From an uncultured virus (IMG/VR IMGVR_UViG_3300046804_004946) (taxonomy: Duplodnaviria > Heunggongvirae > Uroviricota > Caudoviricetes), in IMG/VR virus record IMGVR_UViG_3300046804_004946, positions 62,001 to 119,839 of that record: 57,839 bases of DNA; one strand, written 5' to 3'. This document shows positions 19,845 to 27,630 of this stretch, one piece after another (within the stretch, counting starts at the first letter, position 1; the number at the start of each line of letters is the position of its first letter). Made by a program: the position numbers and the translations under genes. The notes below the pieces were generated by a model. It saw only the letters and a list, made by a program, of their open reading frames with translations. It had not been told where the DNA came from and made no database searches.

Positions 19845-19851
19845 AATTTTA

Positions 19852-20475
19852 ATGCAACAATTCCTTACAGTAGCCTTGCCCCTTCTGGCAACGGTTACAA
19901 CCATTTCGGCAACACTGCCATCATCTGCTAGTGCTCCTTCATATTCTATTATCAAGGAGTTTGAACCAGAGAAGACAGCGATCCTAGAGGTTGCTCCACC
20001 GAAGCCAAAAGAAAAAAGGTTAATTTGTAAAGGGTGTAATGAAAATGAAAATGTTGCCCTGAGTTATTTTCAGGACATTGGAATTAAAGACAGAAACGCC
20101 CTTGCTACTATCATGGGCAATATTAGGCAAGAATCTACGTTCGTGCCTAATATTTGCGAAGGTGGTAGTATCAGAGCATATCATTCCTGCTGGGGTGGTT
20201 ATGGTCTGATTCAATGGACATCTGCCAACCGTTATTATGGATTGGGTGATTTTGCTAAGAAGTTTGGTGGCTCACCATCATCGCTTCACACGCAACTTCG
20301 TTATCTAACAAATGAAGTCCAATGGAAAGAGATTGAAGATAGGATGAAAATTCCTGGTAAATCTATCAATCGTTACATGGACTATGCGTATAGTTGGATT
20401 GGTTGGGGGCATCATGGTGCCCGTACATCTTATGCACATGATTATGCCAACCGACTGATCACGGTAGAAGTTTGA
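19852..20475 (+). CDS. Secreted lysozyme-like protein (phage tail lysozyme family)
   Basis: N-terminal signal peptide; ALATIMGNIRQES and GYGLIQWT motifs. Confidence 0.8.
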   Translation: MQQFLTVALPLLATVTTISATLPSSASAPSYSIIKEFEPEKTAILEVAPPKPKEKRLICKGCNENENVALSYFQDIGIKDRNALATIMGNIRQESTFVPNICEGGSIRAYHSCWGGYGLIQWTSANRYYGLGDFAKKFGGSPSSLHTQLRYLTNEVQWKEIEDRMKIPGKSINRYMDYAYSWIGWGHHGARTSYAHDYANRLITVEV

Positions 20476-20490
20476 TACAATAGAATAAAT

Positions 20491-20513
20491 AAGGGGGAGC
20501 ATACTCCCCCTTT
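20491..20513 (+). terminator. Terminator
   Basis: AAGGGGGAG-CATA-CTCCCCCTTT. Confidence 0.7.
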
Positions 20514-20529
20514 AGTTGATAATTAATTT

Positions 20530-21057
20530 ATGGATTTTAAAATATATAAGTCTGATTTTATTATTGAAAATCAAAAAGAATTAATAAATCAAATTCATCA
20601 CTGCCACCAGTTACATCAACAATACTTTAACGGTAAAGATTCAACTTGGACATATTCTCAATATAATTTTTTTGCTTTATCTTCACCTTCAATTTTATTC
20701 AATAATTTATTTCAGGAATTAAAAAATATTATAACTGAATATGTACCAAACGAAACAAAATGGATGCAAAGTTGGTTGAATTATCATCATTCAAATCAAG
20801 TTTTAGATTGGCATGATCATTATTGGGATTATCATGGATATATTTGCATTGATCCTAAAAAAACAAGAACAATCTTTGAAAATTATGAAATAATTAATGA
20901 GGTTGGAAATATTTACATAGGACCTGGATATAGAAAACATAAAGTAATTGTTGATGAAGAGTATGAAGAACCAAGAATTACTCTAGGGTTTGATGTTCAA
21001 GTTTCTATAACTGATAATCAACAACCAAATAGTATGTTAAGTTTAATTCCAATATAA
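20530..21057 (+). CDS. Cupin/2OG-Fe(II) oxygenase-like protein
   Basis: SWLNYH...WHDH...YHGY...H.V...PRITLGFD. Confidence 0.65.
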   Translation: MDFKIYKSDFIIENQKELINQIHHCHQLHQQYFNGKDSTWTYSQYNFFALSSPSILFNNLFQELKNIITEYVPNETKWMQSWLNYHHSNQVLDWHDHYWDYHGYICIDPKKTRTIFENYEIINEVGNIYIGPGYRKHKVIVDEEYEEPRITLGFDVQVSITDNQQPNSMLSLIPI

Positions 21058-21141
21058 TTAAGTTTACTTTAAATTTAAATTTTTCAAGACACTAAAATAA
21101 AAGTGTGCTATATAGATATATCTTATTTTTTGGAGATTATT

Positions 21142-21333
21142 ATGTCACAAAGTATTCAAGAACTTACCACTTTGTTTGCAACATGGCAAACTGAAGATGA
21201 AAAGTTTGTAAACGGTAATAATGCTGCTGGAACTAGAGCACGTAAAGCATTGCAAGAAATTTCTAAACTTGTTAAAACTCGTAGGTTAGAAATTTCTCAA
21301 GAAAAAAATATCAGAAAAGAAAATAAAAATTAA
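21142..21333 (+). CDS. Hc1-like (histone H1-like) small protein
   Basis: EKFVNGNNAAGTRARKALQEISKLVKTRRLEI; GGAG SD before ATG 21142. Confidence 0.8.
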   Translation: MSQSIQELTTLFATWQTEDEKFVNGNNAAGTRARKALQEISKLVKTRRLEISQEKNIRKENKN

Positions 21334-21384
21334 ATTTAATTTAAGATTGATGTAATTTTTTTAAATATCTTGTGAGTTTATTTT

Positions 21385-21954
21385 ATGGGAGATAAACCTA
21401 TTTTAGGGCATTATTATATACCTTCTCAAATGAGTAAGGATGTATGTGATCTCATTGTAAAAGATTTTTATGATGAAAGACTTTTGAAACCATCATTATT
21501 ACATTCTAAAAACAACAATTTAAATACAAAAATTAGAAAGTCTAATCAACGTTGGCTTGACAAAGATACATGGGTTGCTTCTATGCTTTCCCATTTTATC
21601 AGATCAGCAAATATAGAATATTATCATTTTAATTTGACTGATTGGAAAGATCAAATACAGTTTACTGTATATGAACCACCAGATGGTCATTATAGATGGC
21701 ACATTGACATGTTAGATTCAAATGGATTTAATGAAATTAGAAAATTAAGTATTGTTATGTGTTTAAGTTCTCAAAATGATTATGGGGGAGGAGAATTAGA
21801 ATTGTTTCATCCAACAAAAAAAACGATTAGTTTTAAATTAGACGCTGGTGACGTTGTTATTTTTCCTTCAATAGTTTCTCATAGGGTAAAAAAAACAACT
21901 TGGGGAAGAAGAATTTCTTTAGTTGGGTGGTATGGTGGGCCACCTTTTGCATAA
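21385..21954 (+). CDS. 2OG-Fe(II) oxygenase (prolyl-4-hydroxylase-like)
   Basis: QFTVY..GHYRWHID; RKLSIV; YGGGEL; FPS..SHRV; RRISLVGWYGGP. Confidence 0.9.
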   Translation: MGDKPILGHYYIPSQMSKDVCDLIVKDFYDERLLKPSLLHSKNNNLNTKIRKSNQRWLDKDTWVASMLSHFIRSANIEYYHFNLTDWKDQIQFTVYEPPDGHYRWHIDMLDSNGFNEIRKLSIVMCLSSQNDYGGGELELFHPTKKTISFKLDAGDVVIFPSIVSHRVKKTTWGRRISLVGWYGGPPFA

Positions 21955-22653
21955 ATGAAAATACCAAAAATAATTCATCAAACTGCTCCAGATCATGAAA
22001 AAGATTGGCATCCTATTTGGAAAGAGTGCCAAAAATCTTGGAAAACTAAATTTAAAGATTTTGAGTACATAATGTGGAGTGATGATGATCTTAGAAATCT
22101 TGTTAAAGTTGAGTATTCTGAATTTTTAGAATACTATGATTCTTGGCCATATCATATTATGAGAGTTGATTTTGCACGATTTTGCATTCTTCATAAGTAT
22201 GGGGGAATATATGCAGATATGGATATGTATTGTTACTCTAATTTTTATAATTTTTTACAATACAAAAGTGTTTATCTCATAGAGTCTTGGCCTAATTGGG
22301 GAGAAAAAATTTCTAATTGTTTGATGGCATCTGTCAGAAAACATAATTTTTGGGAAACCTGTATGAAAAATAGTATTATAAATTTTGATATTATTGAAAA
22401 TTCAAATTTGTCTTTTAATAAAGTTGATTTTATTTTAAATTCTTTTGGACCAAAATATATGTCCAAATTAATTACTGATGAAATTGGAATTTTACCAAAA
22501 GAGAGATTTTATCAAGTTCCAAAATATCAATTTAATAATGCTGGAAGTGATTATACTTCTAAAAAGTATAAAGAAATATTAGATGAATTTTATACTTTAA
22601 TTGAAACTAACACTCAATTTTTTACTCGCCATTGCTTAACTAGCGTTTGGTAA
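21955..22653 (+). CDS. Glycosyltransferase, GT32/DXD family
   Basis: IPKIIHQT; DFARFCILHKYGGIYADMD. Confidence 0.9.
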   Translation: MKIPKIIHQTAPDHEKDWHPIWKECQKSWKTKFKDFEYIMWSDDDLRNLVKVEYSEFLEYYDSWPYHIMRVDFARFCILHKYGGIYADMDMYCYSNFYNFLQYKSVYLIESWPNWGEKISNCLMASVRKHNFWETCMKNSIINFDIIENSNLSFNKVDFILNSFGPKYMSKLITDEIGILPKERFYQVPKYQFNNAGSDYTSKKYKEILDEFYTLIETNTQFFTRHCLTSVW

Positions 22654-22659
22654 GGACCC

Positions 22660-22688
22660 TTGACAACCTTACTACCATCCCTTATAAT
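22660..22688 (+). promoter_or_regulatory. Consensus sigma70 promoter for the tRNA operon
   Basis: TTGACA-17bp-TATAAT. Confidence 0.8.
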
Positions 22689-22775
22689 ACTCTTATGGGC
22701 AGCGGGGTTCCAACCCTCGCATAAGACCCGCCCCTCTCATGCCTCTTAACAATGCACAAACAGAGAGGTCCCTAT

Positions 22776-22847
22776 GGGACTGTTGCTTATTGGTTAAAGC
22801 CCACTGCTTATAACGGTGTGAACAGAGTTCAATTCTCTGCAGTCCTA
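22776..22847 (+). tRNA. tRNA-Ile(UAU)
   Basis: Acceptor GGGACTG/CAGTCCT-A; anticodon arm CACTG-CTTATAA-CGGTG; T arm CAGAG-TTCAATT-CTCTG. Confidence 0.88.
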
Positions 22848-22873
22848 TTTGGAAGAATTTGCTCTTCCACAAT

Positions 22874-22947
<74 letters not shown>

Positions 22948-23122
22948 TTGGAGAATTATTCTCCATATATAAAAGTGATAGAGGGTAAGTCCCTGTTATA
23001 TCCTTATGAGGTATATCACACTTACTCCATCAAATGTAGGAAGTGCAACACCTCTCGCTGGTTTAGACTGGATGATGTGAAAGGTGATTCTGTCGGCACA
23101 TAGAAATCCCTCCTACCATTAT

Positions 23123-23195
23123 TCCCTTATAGCTCAATTGGCAGAGCACGGAGCTGTTAACTCTGGGGTTCCTGGTTCGAGTCCAGGTGGGGGAG
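23123..23195 (+). tRNA. tRNA-Asn(GUU)
   Basis: TCCCTTA/TGGGGGA-G; loop CT-GTT-AA; GGTTCGAGTCC. Confidence 0.95.
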
Positions 23196-23301
23196 TTGAT
23201 AGGGTTGGAAATGTTCGATTCTATCATATTTTCACTGCCCTCTAATGCAGTGAAACTTGCAGAAAGTGTCTTCTGCGGGTGATGGGCACTCATCACCTTT
23301 C

Positions 23302-23373
23302 GCCTCTGTAGCTCAGTGGTAGAGCAACGGTTTTGTAAACCGTTGGTCGCTGGTTCAAATCCAGTCGGGGGCT
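23302..23373 (+). tRNA. tRNA-Thr(UGU)
   Basis: GCCTCTG/CGGGGGC; ACGGT-TTTGTAA-ACCGT; GGTTCAAATCC. Confidence 0.95.
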
Positions 23374-23389
23374 TCTAAAAAAAATTGAT

Positions 23390-23959
23390 ATGATCAGAAT
23401 AATAGATAACGTTATACCAAAAGATTACCAAGATAAATTAGAAACCTATTTTTTAGGAACAAATTTTCCTTGGTTTTTTACTTCTGATATAGTTGGTGGT
23501 GGGGAATTTTCTGGAGTAGGATTTTCTCATTCTTTGATTACTTTGGATAAAAAAAATAAGAGTCCAGCATATGAGCATGTAATTTCTTTAGTTAATCAAA
23601 TTTCTAATAAAATAAAAATTAATATTTCCGCAATACATGGTAGAAGTTTTTTACAGATACCATCACGTTCTTCTAAATATAATGACTTATTTCATGTTGA
23701 TATTGATGAACCACATTTAGTTTATTTGTATTATGTAAATAATTCTGATGGAAATACTATTATTTCTAAAGAAAAATTTGAAAAAAATAAATGTTTAATT
23801 AAACCAAAAGATTATAAACCAAAAATATTGCAAGAAGTATGTCCAAAAAAAGGTAGAGTCGTTGTTTTTGATGGATCTTTATATCATGCTGCAGGAATTC
23901 CTAAAAAAAATCCAAGATGTATTTTAAATTTTTCTGTAGTTGCAAACGACTTGACATAA
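23390..23959 (+). CDS. 2OG-Fe(II) oxygenase-like protein
   Basis: FPWF; HVD..HLVYLYYVNNSDGNT; PKKGRVVVFDG..YHA; R.ILNF. Confidence 0.8.
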   Translation: MIRIIDNVIPKDYQDKLETYFLGTNFPWFFTSDIVGGGEFSGVGFSHSLITLDKKNKSPAYEHVISLVNQISNKIKINISAIHGRSFLQIPSRSSKYNDLFHVDIDEPHLVYLYYVNNSDGNTIISKEKFEKNKCLIKPKDYKPKILQEVCPKKGRVVVFDGSLYHAAGIPKKNPRCILNFSVVANDLT

Positions 23960-23979
23960 TTTAAAAATTACTATATAAT
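23951..23979 (+). promoter_or_regulatory. Consensus sigma70 promoter upstream of tRNA-Gly
   Basis: TTGACA-17bp-TATAAT. Confidence 0.75.
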
Positions 23980-24026
23980 ATTCCTATCCGTGTGAAGGAA
24001 ATGTGCTGGGAGATTTCTCCCATTTT

Positions 24027-24098
24027 GCGGGGTTAGTTCAGCGGTAGAACGCTATCCTTCCAAGTTAGATGTCGTCGGTTCGATTCCGATACCCCGCT
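24027..24098 (+). tRNA. tRNA-Gly(UCC)
   Basis: GCGGGGT/ACCCCGC-T; loop CT-TCC-AA; GGTTCGATTCC. Confidence 0.95.
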
Positions 24099-24272
24099 CT
24101 TTTAAAAGTACGGTTTTCCCCCCACTTGACATGATCCCAAAGAGAATGTTAAAATAAATATGTTCAGGTGATGAGACCTCAAATACTCGTTGACTCACTG
24201 AAATAAACGGAGTTTGTCGAAACTCCTTACATCCGCAGGTATTACTCTGCGAGAAACTATAGAGGTACTATT

Positions 24273-24644
24273 ATGTTTAAACCCGCTATCGCAGCTGTTG
24301 CTGCATCTCCTTTCCTTGCTTCGGCTGCGTTTGCTGGCCCTTATGTAGAAAGCAAGACTACCACTGCTCTTGTTGACGGTGATTACACTGGCGCTCAAAC
24401 CGAACTTCGTGTTGGTTATGAGCAAAAAGTTAGCACTAATGGTGTAACTGTGTTTGGTGAAATTGGTCCTGGTTATGAGTGGCGTAATGGTCAAGATGGT
24501 CAAGGCGTTGCTGTTGGTGAAGTCGGTATCAACTTCCCTATTGCTAATCAACTGACTGGCAAATTCAAAGTTGCTGGTGAGTATGGTTTTGATTCCGAAG
24601 TGTTTGGACTCGGTGGCGAACTGAAAGTTCGTTATGCTTTCTGA
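24273..24644 (+). CDS. Small outer-membrane beta-barrel (porin-like) protein
   Basis: Signal peptide ending AFA/GPYV; alternating amphipathic strands; C-terminal RYAF; highly-expressed codon style. Confidence 0.85.
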   Translation: MFKPAIAAVAASPFLASAAFAGPYVESKTTTALVDGDYTGAQTELRVGYEQKVSTNGVTVFGEIGPGYEWRNGQDGQGVAVGEVGINFPIANQLTGKFKVAGEYGFDSEVFGLGGELKVRYAF

Positions 24645-24668
24645 TACTTAACCTTATAAGGTAAGATT

Positions 24669-24703
24669 GGGGAGTTGACAAACTCCCCTTTTTAATGTAT
24701 CCT
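24669..24703 (+). terminator. Terminator with embedded -35 element
   Basis: GGGGAGTT-GACA-AACTCCCC-T5; TTGACA(24675)-17bp-TATCCT. Confidence 0.7.
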
Positions 24704-24725
24704 ATATAAGGAAAGAGAGAAATGA

Positions 24726-24890
24726 ATGAAAATTAATCTTTGGTATTGCAAAGATATGAAGCAGTGGCGTTGGACTTTAACCGACGATCATCGACCAATC
24801 ATTAAACAAGAATCTGGACAAAGAGAAAATTTACGCGATGCCATGAATGATGTGGCAAATACCGTAGAATATATGATGGACAAAAATTAA
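24726..24890 (+). CDS. Small conserved hypothetical protein (54 aa)
   Basis: MKINLWYCKDMKQWRWTLTD...ESGQ...AMNDVANTVEY; read manually. Confidence 0.7.
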   Translation: MKINLWYCKDMKQWRWTLTDDHRPIIKQESGQRENLRDAMNDVANTVEYMMDKN

Positions 24891-24898
24891 TTTTTTAT

Positions 24899-24970
24899 GG
24901 GCGATTAGCGCAGCGGTAGCGCAGCTGCTTTACACGCAGTTGGTCATTGGTTCGAATCCGATATTGCCCA
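24899..24970 (+). tRNA. tRNA-Val(UAC)
   Basis: GGGCGAT/ATTGCCC-A; loop TT-TAC-AC; GGTTCGAATCC. Confidence 0.95.
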
Positions 24971-24997
24971 CTTTATAAATACCTAAAAAATGGTATA

Positions 24998-25531
24998 ATG
25001 GAAACACTGTTTAAACTGTTAAGTGATGCCCAGGCATCTCTTTTCGTTCTATTTCATAAAACTTGGGTTTATCACTGGAATGTTGTTGGACAAGATTTTC
25101 AACAACTTCATACTCTTTTTGGTGGTCAATATGAGACCATGTTTGAAGAGATAGATAGATTATCAGAACATATGAGATACTTGAATGTAAAACCTTTGAG
25201 TAGTTTAAATCGTGTTCTTGAAGTTTCTAAAATCAAAGAAGCATCAAGTTCTGCAAATGCGGAAAATATGATTTCCGATCTTCTTCAATCAAATATTGAT
25301 TTTTGTGATATGATGTCTAAAATATCCGAAGAATCTGAACAACAAAAATCATATGCGACTGCAAATCTAGTTCAAGATTTAATGGAGTCTCATGGTAAAT
25401 TTGTATGGATGCTTCGTTCATTCTCTGATTCTGGATCCAAAAAAGTTCAAGAAGAAGTAGAAGAAGAAGTAATAGAAGAAATTATTGAAGAGCAAATAAA
25501 AGAAAATACTGAAGAACAAATAGAAGAATAG
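24998..25531 (+). CDS. dps: Dps/ferritin-like DNA-protection protein with acidic tail
   Basis: YHWNVVG..F..LH.LF..QY...EIDRLSEH; H.K.VWML; late promoter TATAAATA at 24974-24981. Confidence 0.92.
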   Translation: METLFKLLSDAQASLFVLFHKTWVYHWNVVGQDFQQLHTLFGGQYETMFEEIDRLSEHMRYLNVKPLSSLNRVLEVSKIKEASSSANAENMISDLLQSNIDFCDMMSKISEESEQQKSYATANLVQDLMESHGKFVWMLRSFSDSGSKKVQEEVEEEVIEEIIEEQIKENTEEQIEE

Positions 25532-25539
25532 ATGGTATC

Positions 25540-25797
25540 ATGGAAAATTTAAGAATCAGATGTCGCTCCTGTGGTAGGGAGTTAGAGGGGCATCCTACTA
25601 AAACTGTAACATGTGGTTGTCCTAATATGGCAACAATTCGTGGAGGAGTTATCTCAGCAGTTGACTTATCACAAATTGTTATGCTAAACTCTATAAATAA
25701 TAAATCTAAAAAAGGTGTTCTTACAAATGAAGATATTGCCTGGCAAGAGGCACGTCGTCAACGTAAAGTAAGACGTTTAGATTTTGAAGTTCGTTGA
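25540..25797 (+). CDS. Small Zn-finger-like hypothetical protein
   Basis: CRSC...CGCPN. Confidence 0.75.
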   Translation: MENLRIRCRSCGRELEGHPTKTVTCGCPNMATIRGGVISAVDLSQIVMLNSINNKSKKGVLTNEDIAWQEARRQRKVRRLDFEVR

Positions 25798-25806
25798 GGA
25801 CTTTTT

Positions 25807-25890
25807 GGAAGTGTGACCGAGTGGTTTAAGGTACTTGTCTTGAAAACAAGCGTGTTAATAGCACCGTTGGTTCGAATCCAACCACTTCCG
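25807..25890 (+). tRNA. tRNA-Ser(UGA)
   Basis: GGAAGTG/CACTTCC-G; loop CT-TGA-AA; long variable arm. Confidence 0.95.
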
Positions 25891-25993
25891 TTTTAAATTT
25901 AATAATTTCTTAATCACTTTCTTGAAACCAACACATAGTTGACAAGTTGAAACTACTGACTAGACTAACTAGTAGTATTCAACTTAAAATCCT

Positions 25994-26149
25994 ATGGATC
26001 AGCACACCTATGATAATTGGGTGAAGATCAAGGCAACATTTGAAGAGTCTGGTAATACGGACAATATGTTTTATAAAAGAGCAGTGGAAATTGTAAAAAC
26101 CCGCAGAGATCCCCTTGCAAAATTCTTGGAGATGAGAAATGATGTATGA
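25994..26149 (+). CDS. Small conserved hypothetical protein (51 aa)
   Basis: MDQHTYDNWVKIKATFEESGNTDNMFYKRA...DPL; read manually. Confidence 0.7.
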   Translation: MDQHTYDNWVKIKATFEESGNTDNMFYKRAVEIVKTRRDPLAKFLEMRNDV

Positions 26150-26342
26150 GCAGGAAGAGTTTATTACACGTTCTGAAGTTCAGGAGATGATTGATGCAGC
26201 AATACGACGACACAACCGTAATGCTTCTATCATTAGTATGTGCGTCGGTTGGGTGGTTCTTGCTTTATTTGCTGAAGGACTTTTAAGGTTAGTAGGTGTT
26301 ATTCCTCCGCTTTTACCATGGCTCAACATTACCCTGAAATAA
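26139..26342 (+). CDS. Small membrane protein
   Basis: EMIDAAIRRHNRNASIISMCVGWVVLALFAEGLLRL. Confidence 0.75.
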   Translation: MMYEQEEFITRSEVQEMIDAAIRRHNRNASIISMCVGWVVLALFAEGLLRLVGVIPPLLPWLNITLK

Positions 26343-26518
26343 TTGGTATTGTATTGTTGTTGGTATTTGCAGCAACAATGTTTTATCAAGGTACATGTAT
26401 TTTAAGAAATCAACGTGGTTATTCTTTACGCGATTACATGAAGCAAGATAGCAATAACATGAGAAAAAGATTAGAAGAACTATTAAAAGATAAAATAATT
26501 AAAGAGGAAGATGACTAA
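26318..26518 (+). CDS. Small membrane protein
   Basis: N-terminal transmembrane (TM) helix; DSNNMRKRLEEL. Confidence 0.65.
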   Translation: MAQHYPEIIGIVLLLVFAATMFYQGTCILRNQRGYSLRDYMKQDSNNMRKRLEELLKDKIIKEEDD

Positions 26519-26603
26519 AACACTTTTGATTTCTACGCTGATTTATGCTATACTTATTGGGTCTTGGATTTATTGGGGTCTTACACATGCTTATCCACGA
26601 TGA
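26511..26603 (+). CDS. 30-aa single-TM microprotein
   Basis: MTKTLLISTLIYAILIGSWIYWGLTHAYPR; GAGG SD. Confidence 0.6.
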   Translation: MTKTLLISTLIYAILIGSWIYWGLTHAYPR

Positions 26604-26716
26604 TTTTTCACATAGTAGAAACACTTGCAAATAGTCCAATTTGGTTAGGACTTTGTGGATTTGGTATAATTGTAGTTCCTATTATGGGAATTGCATATAT
26701 ACATAATAGAAAATAA
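26600..26716 (+). CDS. 38-aa single-TM microprotein
   Basis: MIFHIVETLANSPIWLGLCGFGIIVVPIMGIAYIHNRK; ATGA overlap. Confidence 0.6.
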   Translation: MIFHIVETLANSPIWLGLCGFGIIVVPIMGIAYIHNRK

Positions 26717-26729
26717 GTTTAAATAAAAC

Positions 26730-27254
26730 ATGGCAAATGTAACTTTTGAAATCACTTCAGTAAGTGGTGCTGAAATATTAGAAGGTGGACAGGGAATGAG
26801 TGGTGGAGTTTTTTTAGGATGGACGGGAACATTACTTAATATTGATCCTGATCTTCCAGCAATTTCTGCTCGCCCTGCTGATATAGATGTTGTTGTTTCT
26901 GGTCAAACTTATACATTTAGTCCTGATTCCACAAATGGAGTTAAAAATTGGCCAGCAGGAGAAACTTGGTATGATATTGCTTTAGATGATAATCCTTATT
27001 ATAATTATATAACATATAAGAGTCAAAATAGTTCTAATCAATATCCAACTTCTGGAAAAAGTTTTGATATTTGGTCTGGAGGACTTTGGAAAGAAATTAA
27101 TTTTTCTGGACAAAGTTGGAGAGATATACATGTTCAAGATCCTTTTAAACTAAGTACATCAAAATATACTTTAGTTTATGATTATACTTCTGGTAGTCCA
27201 ACTGCCCATTGTTGGGTTAAAGGGGGGCAAATTAATTTCACTCTTGTGGAATGA
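26730..27254 (+). CDS. Hypothetical beta-rich protein, possibly structural
   Basis: Rich in G/S/T/W/Y; TAAATA motif just upstream. Confidence 0.65.
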   Translation: MANVTFEITSVSGAEILEGGQGMSGGVFLGWTGTLLNIDPDLPAISARPADIDVVVSGQTYTFSPDSTNGVKNWPAGETWYDIALDDNPYYNYITYKSQNSSNQYPTSGKSFDIWSGGLWKEINFSGQSWRDIHVQDPFKLSTSKYTLVYDYTSGSPTAHCWVKGGQINFTLVE

Positions 27255-27259
27255 TTAAA

Positions 27260-27333
27260 CGGGATGTAGCTCAGTTTGGTAGAGCACTCGCTTTGGGAGC
27301 GAGGGGCCGTAGGTTCAAATCCTATCATCCCGA
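27260..27333 (+). tRNA. tRNA-Pro(UGG)
   Basis: CGGGATG/CATCCCG-A; loop TT-TGG-GA; GGTTCAAATCC. Confidence 0.95.
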
Positions 27334-27410
27334 CTGTCCAGTTTCTTAATTGGACCACTTGACTAAAACGTTTTTAACTTTTATAATACTAGGGTAAACA
27401 ATTCAAAACA

Positions 27411-27629
27411 ATGTCTCTGATTCAAAAATTCAAGAAAGATGTAAACACTCTTCGCCTTGCTGCTAATGGCGAAATCTACCTTGATGTAAAAAGTCCAAAA
27501 CTTTATAAGAAAGTTCGTCGTTTTTATGAAAATGAAGGCGTAGTATTTTCGGGAGATCCCTTGGATGATTATGAGATGCTCATGGAATACTTGTATCAAG
27601 ATCTTGAATCTATTGAAGTAGCATCTTGA
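27411..27629 (+). CDS. Conserved cyanophage hypothetical protein
   Basis: LDVKSPKLYKKVRRFYENEGVVFSGDPLDDY. Confidence 0.8.
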   Translation: MSLIQKFKKDVNTLRLAANGEIYLDVKSPKLYKKVRRFYENEGVVFSGDPLDDYEMLMEYLYQDLESIEVAS

Positions 27630-27630
27630 T

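Noticed and set aside
21385..21954. Prolyl hydroxylase acting on the collagen-like protein
   Set aside because: The visible collagen region has almost no Pro, and essentially none at the Y position.
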